64,000 nucleotides of DNA. Source: a virus. The notes under the pieces were generated by a model. That model had not been told where the DNA came from, made no database searches, and saw only the letters and a program-made list of their open reading frames with translations. Positions 21,001 through 33,000 of the stretch are shown piece after piece. The DNA lies in the IMG/VR virus record IMGVR_UViG_3300006329_000001, positions 64,001 through 128,000 of that record, one strand, 5' to 3'. A program made the position numbers and the translations under genes. Each line of letters starts with the position of its first letter. Within the stretch, counting starts at the first letter, position 1.

Positions 21001-24000
21001 CTTAATGATTCAGTGGCAAGTTTAATACTTGTACCAACTTCTAAAGTGTGTGCACCAATAGTTAATTGCAAATCACCAGAAGTTATATTGTAATTTGCAG
21101 CAGTAACATCATGGTTAACGAGAGGAGTTGTACCAACGTTAATTGTAATTGTTGTATTTCCACCACCAACAGCAGTAATAGGGATCTGCTTTTCATACCA
21201 TGGGTCAGTAGGACGTGGGTATGTCTTTTGAGCAGTATTACCATCCATACCACAAGTAAATGTTAATCCATAAGGATCAATTCTTACAGTGTCAGATGTT
21301 GTTAAAGTATGTGATCCAATGGTAAGAACCATGTCACCAGTTGTGGCATTATAAGTTGCACCTGAAGGAGTGAACTGATCACCACTAAATGCAGTAGTAG
21401 CAAGATTTGCTAAAGTATCAATAGAAGATGCTACGTTTGCACAGTTTGTTTCATTCTGGTTAGATCCTGAAGCATAATCTGGATCATAGTAATGTGCAAC
21501 ACTAGAACTCTCTAGATATGGAGCAGAGTATGTTGTAGGATCATTAAGGTTATAACCAGTTTCACTAAGAGACTGACTGTAGAGCAAGTTTCTCATTGCT
21601 CTCTTACATAATTCTTTTGCTTTATTAAATGCAGTTATCGCTTCTTCTGTTTCTGGAAGACCATTGTTAATTGGAATTCCATTTGAGTCAAAGAACTTCT
21701 TAGTAAAGGTTACAATTGCATAATTACCATCACTTTCTAGGTCATCTGCAATAGCATCAATAAAGTATCCTGTATCTCTATTACACTTGATCTCTTTAGG
21801 AGTATAACCTGCATCAGGTGTAGTAAGATCAATAAGATCACTTAGTGACGCTGCTTCGAGGACTTCCTTAACATTGGTCCAAAGAGTTGTAAGAGCAGCC
21901 TGAACGTCAGCACAATTGTCAGCACCGTTGTTAGTAGTATTGGTACCTGCTGATCCATAATTACCGCCAGGATTAGGGTCAGCAGTAATACCAGTATTGT
22001 TATTAGGTCCACTAGATTGCTCATTGTATTTTGTATAAACGACAGCATCAATAGTTTCAGATCCACTTAAAGTGTTCTGAATAGCATCCTGCATATAATC
22101 TACACATCTCTGGAATCCCCAAACAGTTTCAGTTTCTTCACCAAGAAGATATGCTAATGATGTGCCATCAGGGAAGTACTTTTGTAAGAACTTACGAGTA
22201 TAAACTGTACCACCCCATCCTGTATCTCTTGAGAGAGCATCGATGAGATATCTCATATCTCTCTTACATTTAGTAGCACTAGGAATTGTAGAACTAGGAT
22301 ACTGAACAATCATGTCCTGATATGCCTTAGCAATAATCCATTCGCTATTTTTTTGTATTAAACGATATCCATCTTTAAATCTACCATACTGAGTAGTTTC
22401 TGTTTCTCCAGTGTAGTAGAAATCTGGATAGTCGATTGCAATCTGAGAGGTTGCAAAATCGATAATTTCTTGTCTATTATTTCTAATGCTTCTAGCAGCA
22501 TCTTTATATCTGTTAATAGCGTCAGTTTCAGCATTACCGTAACTAACATTGATAGAACGAATCTTATCATTATTAGTGATTGTACCACCAGATAAGTTGT
22601 TATATTCGATCTCAGTAGAACGTACTGACTCATAATCAAGGAAGTCAGCGTTAATACGATCTGCAGCGTCAGTTAATGTAGTAGGAGTAATAGTTGTCTC
22701 AGAGATATTATCAAGAATAATATTCTGGTTAGATAGAGATATAAGTCTCTCAAATACTAATCCGAAGAATGTAGAACCTTTGTTAATGATAAGAGTATCT
22801 ACAACGTCACCTAACTTGATATCACCTGAAACAGTAGCATTTAACGATCCAGCAGTAATTGTTTCACCATCAACAAAATTAGCAACAGATTTAGCTACAA
22901 AGTACAATACAGGTGGTTGTGCTTCAGCATCTACTCTAACAACTTCAGCAAGAGCACCTGAAATTCCACCAGTTAGTTGATCTCCTTCTTCGAAGGCTAC
23001 TGCAGTTGCAAGGTTGATAGAACTGATAGGATCTCTATATGGAGAAATTCCAACTACTTTAGCAGCAATATTTGATGCTGAAGAGTATATAAAGTCATTT
23101 AAGAAAATAGCATAAGCACCAGTCTCATATTCGGCAGTACCAGAAGTCTTAGAAAGAACTAAGAAGGAATCAGTATTACCATCAAGGTCTAAGTTAGTTT
23201 CTTCGACTTTAGCGGTTTCTCCACTTAAAGCAACCTTAGTAACGATTTCTTCGAACTCAAAGATAGTTTCTTGACTTAAAACATCAATGGAACCAATTAA
23301 AGCACTAAATCCAGTTCTAGAAACGTCAATTCTTTCATTGAGTTGATAAGGACCAGATGTGATGTCAATAACATCAATACTTGCTGCACCAGTAGCAACA
23401 ACTCTAGAATTGGCATTAGAAGTGAATCCAGAAACAAAATCACCGATTTGTGGGAAAATACCACCAATAGTGTTTAGATTAAGTCTAGTAATCTGTAATA
23501 TCTGTATTTCTACGTTTCTGTAAACAACCTTAGAATCTGGTCTTGGTGGTTCAGCAAATACGATCTGATTACCAACAATTTGATATGCAGTACCAGGTGA
23601 CTGGATAACACCGTTTAAGGTGACCAACATCTGATTTTCTTTAATTATTACCTGTTCACCTTCTACACTAAGTGGGAATCCTTTAGTAGAACCATCAAAC
23701 TGATCTGAGATGTTATCTAACTTCTTAACGATAGATGTTAAGATTTCCTCAGAGTTTGTTAGTCTTTTCTTTCTGAATAGAACTTCAGAGTTGTTAAATG
23801 TAGAATATATTGGTTGAGCAGCACCAAATGATGTAATTTGGTTAACATTGGTATATTCGTTAATATTAACCTGTTTTGTAAACTCAGTACCAATCTTACG
23901 TCCAGAAACGTCCTTACCACCAGTCAGTTCTAACTGACCGAACATATTAAATCCTGCAGGGTGATTATTCTCTAATACCTGCTTCTTCCAACGGTTAATT

Positions 24001-27000
24001 GGAATTTGTGACTTAATAACATATGAGAAGTTCTGATAGAAGTAAGAGTCCTGAATCTTTTGTACGATCTCAGAAGGTTTACCAACGTCATCAATAAATC
24101 TACCAGATGTTCTTGTAAGAGCATCAATATTAAGAATACCTCTTGCAATGTTAACATTGTCAATAATACCAGATGCACGAGATATAACACCTTGTACTTT
24201 ACCACCTACAACAAATTCACCACTTGGATTAACAATCTTAAGAATTTTAGGACCAATTTGCCAACCGTCATTAATAGAAACAGTACCGAAGGCATTTGCT
24301 AATTCATAAGATTCACCTTGGAATACTTCTTCAGATTCTAAGAATCTTGAGGTTTCTACAACAGCAGTTGCTTGACCACCGAATACCTCAGTAAGAAGAA
24401 CCTGTCTTCCATCACCTTGTGTTAAGAAGGTAATAAAGTTACCAGAATCAGCATCAGCAGGTGTTAACGCAAATCTAAGTTGATCAGATTCTAGTGAGTT
24501 AGCATCACCTGCAATAGCATAGTAAGTCTGTGTAGATGACAATGAAGTCAAACCAACTGAACTTGGTTTTGGTAGTTCACCAATTGTAGTACCGATATCT
24601 TCTGCACGGAACTGTACAGCAGCACCAGTTGTAATACCATGTGGGAAGTTAAACTGTAGATAGTTAAGGTCTAAGTTAACAACGTATGTAAATTCTGATT
24701 TTAGAGTAACAACTGGTTCTGAACTATATCCTGCACCTGGATCTTTAACGATGATCTCAGACAGTCTGTTGTTTTTAACAACTGCCTCAGCATTAGCACC
24801 AGTTCCACCACCACCTTCGATTACAACAACAGGAGCAGATGTATAGCCAGCACCTGGATTGGTTATCTTGATCTGTGATAGTATTGAGGTATTAAAGAGT
24901 TGTAAGTTAACTGGGAATGCAATCTCAGGACGTAGAGTATAGTCATGAGAGTAACCATAACCAAATTCATTGTTCTTAAGAGTTTTAATCTTACCAATCT
25001 GTGTACCAGTTAAGAATATAGAAGCACCTGTACCTTCAGCAGGTATAACAACAGTTAATTCTGCACCAGAACCAGAAAGTGTAGGTCCAAGAATTCCTGG
25101 TATACCATCTACATCGATAACACCAGTTGTGTATCCAGAACCAGGATCAATAAGAGCAACATCACTGATTGTTCCTGAATCAGTCTCAGCATCAATAGTA
25201 ACTGTGATGTTAGCTAGACCACCTTCACCATCACCTATAATAGGAACCTGTGTATATACGCCAGGTGCATATTCAGTACCACCGTTAGTAATTCTTATCT
25301 TCTCAATCTTACGATCAGATGCAACCTCTGAAATAATTGGTAGTTTCTTATAGAATCCACCTGGAGAGATCAACTTAATTGTGTTAATAGGTCCAATCGC
25401 TTTCTTAGAAGTTGTGGAATAGTATGAATTAGGTTTATCCTGATCATCCAATCCAATCATTGCAGTATTAAATTCTGGTTCATGCTCTAATGGGAATCTG
25501 AACTCAGTATCACTAATAATCGCAGCAATATTAAATGTACCATCATAAGGAGTCTTAATAACATCAATAAAGGACTCAGAACCAACTGGAGAGTTAGTAG
25601 ATAGTGTTCTACTAGGATCAAAGTAGTATGTGATGTTAGTTACTTCACCACCAACTGTAAACTTAACTATAGGAACTTCGGTAGAAGAAGATTGACCAGG
25701 AATTCCTTCACGTTCGATAACGTTAAATGAGTATTCTAGTTTAAACTGGTTATCTTGAGAGAATGATAAGTAGTAGTCTTGGTTAGAAGCATCACTCATA
25801 TCAAAGATATAAGAGTGGTTTCTTACCAACATTAGAGTTGGGTGCTTAGATGATATCTTAACACTAGCAATAGCAGAATTATCAAATAAAGGATCAGATA
25901 AAGCAGTTGCCCTCATTCTATAAGTAAAGTCTCTTGATGAGAAGACTTCTTCTACGAAGAATGATCCATCAAACTGTGTGCCCTGGAATCCCTCAACAAA
26001 GAGGATATCTCCTGCACTAAATCTATGTGCACTAAGAGCATTACAGTATATAAGATCAGTCCTAGTCTCTCCTGTGCGAATAATATCCTTATTAAGAGTA
26101 ACTACTAATTCTATTTTCTTAACTGTAGTTACGCCATTAATTTGACCAATTTTAGGAAAATCTGTCTTTGGCCCTGCCGTTACACTACCACCAAGCGAAA
26201 TTACATCACCAACTATGAAATCAGATCCAGGATATACCTCAAGAATCTTAACTCTATAATCACCAGGATCATAAGGTCTGAACCTAGCATATTGTGATAA
26301 TGCATCATACTGTTGCTGCCATGTCCAAACTACAGTACCATCAGTTGCAGTACCAGAAGTATGTGTAGGTGCAACAGTACTAGAAACACCTGCAGTAGTA
26401 CACTTATATCTCTGTCTTCCCCAGTAGACTTCATCATTTAATGAGAATGACTTACTAGGACTCCATAAAGGTATAGTTGGTTTTGGCCAAGCATGTTCTA
26501 TTAGATCAACTTCTATAGGACCAGCAACACTAATAAACTGCCATAAAACACCACCATCGGTTACTATACCAATCTCATGAGTAGGTGCAGTAACACCAGA
26601 TGTAGCATTGTTAGTTGCTTTGTATATCTTACCTGCGTTGTAAACCTGTGTATCAACTGTATATGCTTTACTTGTTACCCACTGATCTTGTGTTCTTGCT
26701 TGTTCGAATACAACATCATCAATAGTATTCTCCTCACCAATATCATTTTGATATAGATCAGTAGTATCATTACTAAATGTACCATATATCTTACCAACCT
26801 TATACTTATTACCAACACCAGGTGTGTCTATTGTACCAGTTGGAACCTCAACAATAGTACCAAATCCCTGAACAATACCATTCTCATTTGTCTGCTGTAG
26901 AATTGTTCCTTTAGTAAATTTAATATCTTGGTTAAATGTAAATTCCTTAACTAAGTCAATCTTCTGGAATCCTGCATCTCTGACGTAGAACTTCGCCATA

Positions 27001-30000
27001 GGAACTGCAGTTACCTTAACTTTTCTACCAAGTGGTGAAGGTATTGTAGAAGTCTTAGATGCAAATGTATGACTAGCACTTGTAAAGTTGTAACTACCTG
27101 GTGCAAGTTGTGATATAACATCAGAGTAGTCAAGAATCTGTAAACCAGATGAACCTTGAGTCCATACTGTTACAACAGGATTACTTAAAGTATTAATGTT
27201 AATCCCTGATGTTTCTGTAAACTTAAGTGCTTTAGTATGAGTAGTTTCAGAGAATGCACTATAGTCACCTCTCTTATCATGCTGACGATCAAACTTAATA
27301 ATGTTAACTCTAGAGTCAGTAGAAGTGATTCTATAACGTTCAGTAGGAAGAGTAAATGTTCCACTCCATACTGAATTAGGATCAATAACAAAATCATCAA
27401 TAGTACCCAATAAGCAGTTACCTGTAGCAGGTGTTGTCTTATTAGCACCAACATATACATCATTAAGACCAATATTTGTTACTACAGTTGCAGTACAAAC
27501 CTGTGCACCATCAAAGTAAACAGAATACTTATATGAACCTAAGGTTGGTTCTTCCTTAACTATTGCCCAATGATGGAATGAAGATGACCCCATCGCAGTC
27601 CAATATGTACTACCAACTGATGCAGTAGTAGATCCACCACCACCCTGAGGTGCAATGGTCATCTCAATCTTACCTAGATTAGGACTAGAAGCATTACCAT
27701 CAACAGTAACAACAAGACTATTGCCAGTTGCATCATCAATAGTAAACATCTCAACCTTCGGATTGTTCGAAGCATGAGATGGTTCCATGTAAGACCATGA
27801 AGATACAGTCCAATTAGTTGTTATTCCAGCTCCTGCTGCCTTCATATAAGCAGGACCACCAGAGAACTTCAGAGCACCTGCACCAAACTTAAATTCTGAG
27901 GTATTATGAATAGCATATGCAGCATTTGAGAAACTTGTAGTTACAAGTGCTTGTTTTGTGCTATCTTCATCTAAATCATTCTCATTCTCAAAACGAGCAA
28001 CATATGTCTGTACTGGAAGTTGCTTATTACATGGAATAATAACATCACCAGAGTTATCTACTTGGTGACTCCATGCTGACATACCAATATCATCAGTATC
28101 TTCGATATTAGTACTCTTAAGAAGACTTCCATCATACTTAAAGTTCATTGCAACGATTTGACGATCATTATCCCAATATTTCAGATCAGCAACGACACTT
28201 ACATTACCAAAGACATCTAAATTGATACCTGCATGTTTAACTGCTTCGAAATTGCCACTAGGAGCAATAATCTTAGAAAACTCGTATGTTGGACCTGCTG
28301 CAGGATTGGTAGAAAGTTGATCAATAGGTATCTTAAAGAATGCTATACCATAATTCTTAGTTCCATTCCACATATCACATATGAAGAATAGATCGTTCCA
28401 CTCATCAAGAATGAACTGTGGTCTCTGTACACTACCACCTGCTATAGCAAGTCTCTTAGTATAGTTAAGTTCGATGTTTGCACCATCGTACTCCATTTCA
28501 CCGAATAATAAGTCATTATTATCAGCATCAACACCAGTCCAAAGCATTTTATTGTTTCCAATGAACTTAAGTTGGTTCATTGACTCACCTTCGTCATCAG
28601 AAGCAAATTTACGCTTCTCTACAACGTCACCTAGGTTATTAAGTTGCATAACCCAGATATCGTTAGGATCTGGAGAGTTAGTATCAGTCCAACCGCAAAT
28701 ATAGACTCTTTGCTCATCATCTAGGTGAATATCACCTGCATAGTCTCTTCTAGCAGATCCAGAGACACCTGCGATCTCTTTTTGCCATCTGACAATACCT
28801 TCAGGTGCATTTGCATTATTAAACCCAGATTCGTACTTAGCAACTAAAATATCGGGATTATAAGTCGCAGTTGTCTGAGATTCGGTTTCACCGATAATAT
28901 AGATCAATTCATTCTCTTCAGAAGTCTCATCAAGGTACATTGACTTCCAACGAGCAACTTTATTGGATGCAGAAGGTAAAAGTGTTCTATCCCAAACTAA
29001 AACACCCAAATCAGTAAATTTAGCAAGGAATGCAGAAGAATCACCATTAACTTGAGTTAATTCACCACAAATGTAGATATAACGGTCTGTGGTTATCTGA
29101 GAATCGAATATTTGGATTTTATCGGTATCTTCGTAATATTCAGATAACCAATAGTAAGTTTTCTTGTATTGTTGTGGATGAGAGACTCTAATCTGTGGAG
29201 GAGCGTCTACATCGTATCCAAAACCACTATTAACGATATTAACGCTTCCAACCTTACCAGTTGTCTCATCTAGAACAATATTAAAGTTAACGTCTTGTCC
29301 AGAAGAGGTAATGATCTCATAAGTCGGTGGAATCTGTGTATTGTAACCAATACCCGATTGTGTTACTGTAATAGTCTCAATACCAGTAACAACTGACATA
29401 TAGTAACGCTTGTTAGTATTATCAGTAATAACTCGACTGTTAACAATAATTTCGTCTTGTGCGATAAGTTCATGGTCTGTAGCAGTGGTGATTTTACCGT
29501 ATGGGATGTCATTAATGACTTCCTTTGTATATGCAGCAATGTCTCGGCCCTGGACCGACTCAATAATGGCAGAAGCTCCGAACCCGTCTGTACCTGTGTT
29601 ATCGAAGAATAAAGTGTCATCAACCTGATAAGAAACACCTGCGTTCTCAACAACGAATCCATCAATCTGTGCAGACTCGAATTTAGTGGTTGTATCAACC
29701 TCAATATCAACTCTTGACTCTGCTGATACTCTAGGGAAGTAATCATAGATCTGTAGTGCTGCTTCTTCTGTTATTGCTTGTTCTGTTGCAATTTCAGCAG
29801 GAGATATGATTGCATCACCATCTAAGTCCTCAATTTCGAAGATAAGAAGATCACCTTCTCTTTCAGTCACAAATGAGTCTGCCTGTTGGTTTGGTTGACG
29901 CTCAATATCAATATCAACGTTTACATATGGATCTCTGAATCTTGCAACGTCTTGAGGGATGTTTTCTTGTGTTGCAGTTTGTGATAAGTTCCATGTATCA

Positions 30001-33000
30001 ACAACTGAGTTAAAACTAGGACCAATGATGTATGGGAAGACTGGTAAACCTGCATCTGACTCATCAATGGTTATAAAGTATGCATATGTACCTGCAGGAT
30101 AGTCTGGAGTCTTACAGAAACGTCCATTATAAGCATCTAGGTCACCTTGTTGGAATGTGTACTTATAATCGTTTACAAAGTATCCTGCAGGGTATGTGTC
30201 TAGTGAAGGACCATCAATACGAGCAGGATTTGGGTTTGTATCCTCATCTTCTACAATTTCTGTCTTTAAAGTGTAAGAAGAACGCATTCTTCTAATACCA
30301 CTGTTCTGATCAGTAGGATCAATGTATCCATAAGGACCATAGATGGGATTACCATCAAATGCCCATCCAATGATAGGAGAGTGACTAATGTTAGAAGGAA
30401 CTTCTTGGAAACGGTTAGTTTCTGGATTTAAGAAGACGTTATCACCAATTACATAACGTAATTCCTTAGGATCGGAAACGTGAGCATATTCACCACCATA
30501 TTGGTTATTAAAACCAGTAAAGACGTATCCTCTTGCTATATCATACTTTCTCTTAAGAGATCCATCAGTATTTTGTGCTGTAGGGTTAGCAGGATCAGGA
30601 TCTAACTGATATTCTATATTTTTGTTCCACTGGAAGACATCTGCAGTAAATGTTGCTAATTGACCAACTGCTTCTAATCTAACAGTTGTCATTCCTTGTG
30701 TATATCCAACACCCTTGTTAGTAATCGATACTGAGATAACTTTACCCTTATCTTCTCCTAAAGTACCAATAACAGCAGTTGCTTGAGCACCAAATCCATC
30801 ACCATTGACATAAACCTTAGGTGCTGATGTATAAGCATCACCAGAGTTAATAATAGCGATAGATACGATTCTACCGTTAATAACGATAGGTTGTGCTAGT
30901 GCTCCTTCACCAGAATTAAGTTTTATAGTTGGTGTAGAAGTATATCCGACACCTGGGTTAGATAATGTAACTGCACTGATTGCACCTCTTACAGAAGCAG
31001 TTGCAAGTGCTCCAGAACCTTTTCCACCAGTAATTGATATAGTTGGTTGTGAGGTATATCCAGTTCCTGGGTTTTCTACAAGAATTCTTGTTACTCTACC
31101 ATTAGTAACAACCGCTTGAGCAGTTGCACCGCTACCACCACCTCCAACGATAGAAATTAGTGGTTGTTCTGTATATCCACTACCTTCTGCAGTAACTTCG
31201 ACTGAATCTAGTGATCCATTAACAGTTACAGTCGCTGCAGCACCTGTACCGCCACCACCAGTGATTTCTAAGGTAGGTCTTGATCCTGCATCATAATCTA
31301 CACCTTCATTAGTGATATTAACAGTAGTTAAAGGACCAAAGGTAACAAATTCACTAGATTTGTAAGACCAAGCAGAAACACCGTTAACCCAAGCACCAAT
31401 TGGATAGTTTGCACCAACTTCTGTTCTTGTAGAGATAGTTTCGACAATTCTAGGGAAACGAAGTAGTTTTCTTTGGTTTCCTGGAATCATTGCAGACCCT
31501 TGGAAAGGACCTACCTTATAGTTGGGCAATCCAGACGCTGCAACGTAAACGTAGTTAGTATTAAAGAATGCGTTCTGTATATTAGAGGTAAATAACGAAA
31601 TTACTTCATCAATAGTGGTTTCAGTTGACTTTCCTCTATTAAGGTCAACAGAAAGAAGTATATTACCCTGTGGAACAATGTCCATTGGGGTAGGAATGCT
31701 GTATGAGAAGGTAAAGTCGTCTAAACGAGAAGTAACCTCAAAAGTACCATTATAAACAGCAGGGTTTGCACCATAAATGGTAACTTGATCTTCTACAAGC
31801 AAACCATGTGGGTTAGAGCAGACAACAGTAGCAGTTTGGTTGTTAAGACCACCAGGATTGATGGAAGTAACGCTAATTAGCTTCTTAACGTTGTATAGCC
31901 ATGATTGGAGTCTCTCATCTTCACCAGATGAACCTAGAGCAGCAACATTTAACTTATCTCCAGGCAAATAGTAAGATCCACTGTCTTCTAATTCAGTAGT
32001 ACCCGCTTCAGCAATACCAAGTACTCTTAACTTGACTTCAGTTGACAATCCACGGTTAACATAGACAAAAATATCAGAATGAATGATTGTACCAGGATCC
32101 CAATCCTCTACAACACCATTTTGAGACCTAGTACACTCAATAAACTGGTTTAGTGACTTTTCTTTGTACTGAACAGTCTCTTCATCATCAATAATGATAG
32201 TACCGTTCTTTTCTGGCCATCCAATTGTACTATCAACCGTAATTATGTTACCTGTGGTTGTTAGTGGTTCTACAAGGTTGGTTTTATAAGGAATCTTAAA
32301 CTCACCAGTGAGTGTTTCTTCAGATATTGCTAATTCATAGATTACGTCAGTTCCCTCAATAATAGAAATGACGTTTTCGATCAAAACGTTAGCATCTTTG
32401 ATGTTTTGGTCAACAGGATCTGCATATTGGACTAATTGAGCATTTCCTAAATCTGCAGGATCACCAGAAATCAATTTTGCACGCAAAATGGTGTCAACAA
32501 CCCAAGAAGCATCGGAAGGTTTGATTAATTCATCTCTAGGATAGAATATATCAACTTCTTCACCAAATAGAATCTTAAAGAGGTATTGAGCAGCAGTTTT
32601 CGTACCTTTAGAAAGGTAGAAGTCCTTAATTGTCTTAATTACCTGAATCGGATTGACTTGAGTGTAGTCAATATTGATTGTAGGCATATATTGACGACGG
32701 AACTTGTCAAATACCTGTGTAATAATCTGTGCATCAAGGTTATGTACAACTGCACCAGTTGCATGGTCACTTTGCCTTAGTTGTTCCTCCTTAGCAAAGA
32801 TCTGATTACCAAATTTATCAAAATCAACAATTTCAGATACACCTCTAGCACATCCTTGTAATGAAGATGGTTGATATTCCTTACCAGTAGATAAAATACT
32901 AAATCCAGTTACTTCTCCAAATCCAACGTCGCAAGATGCCTGTGCTGCCAAGGGTTCTGCGATGTAAACTGTGGGAGGTTCAGTTGTAGAGTAACCTGTA

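Noticed and set aside
12870-21375. Recurrent DNA similarities (e.g. ...aatgaattatcagcaa..., ...cttggatatgtgtg...) as a possible CRISPR array or DGR template/variable repeats
   Set aside because: They are degenerate, in-frame, protein-level repeats at irregular ~300-bp spacing. No identical direct repeats with spacers, no evident adenine-specific pattern, and no cas or reverse transcriptase gene in the window.
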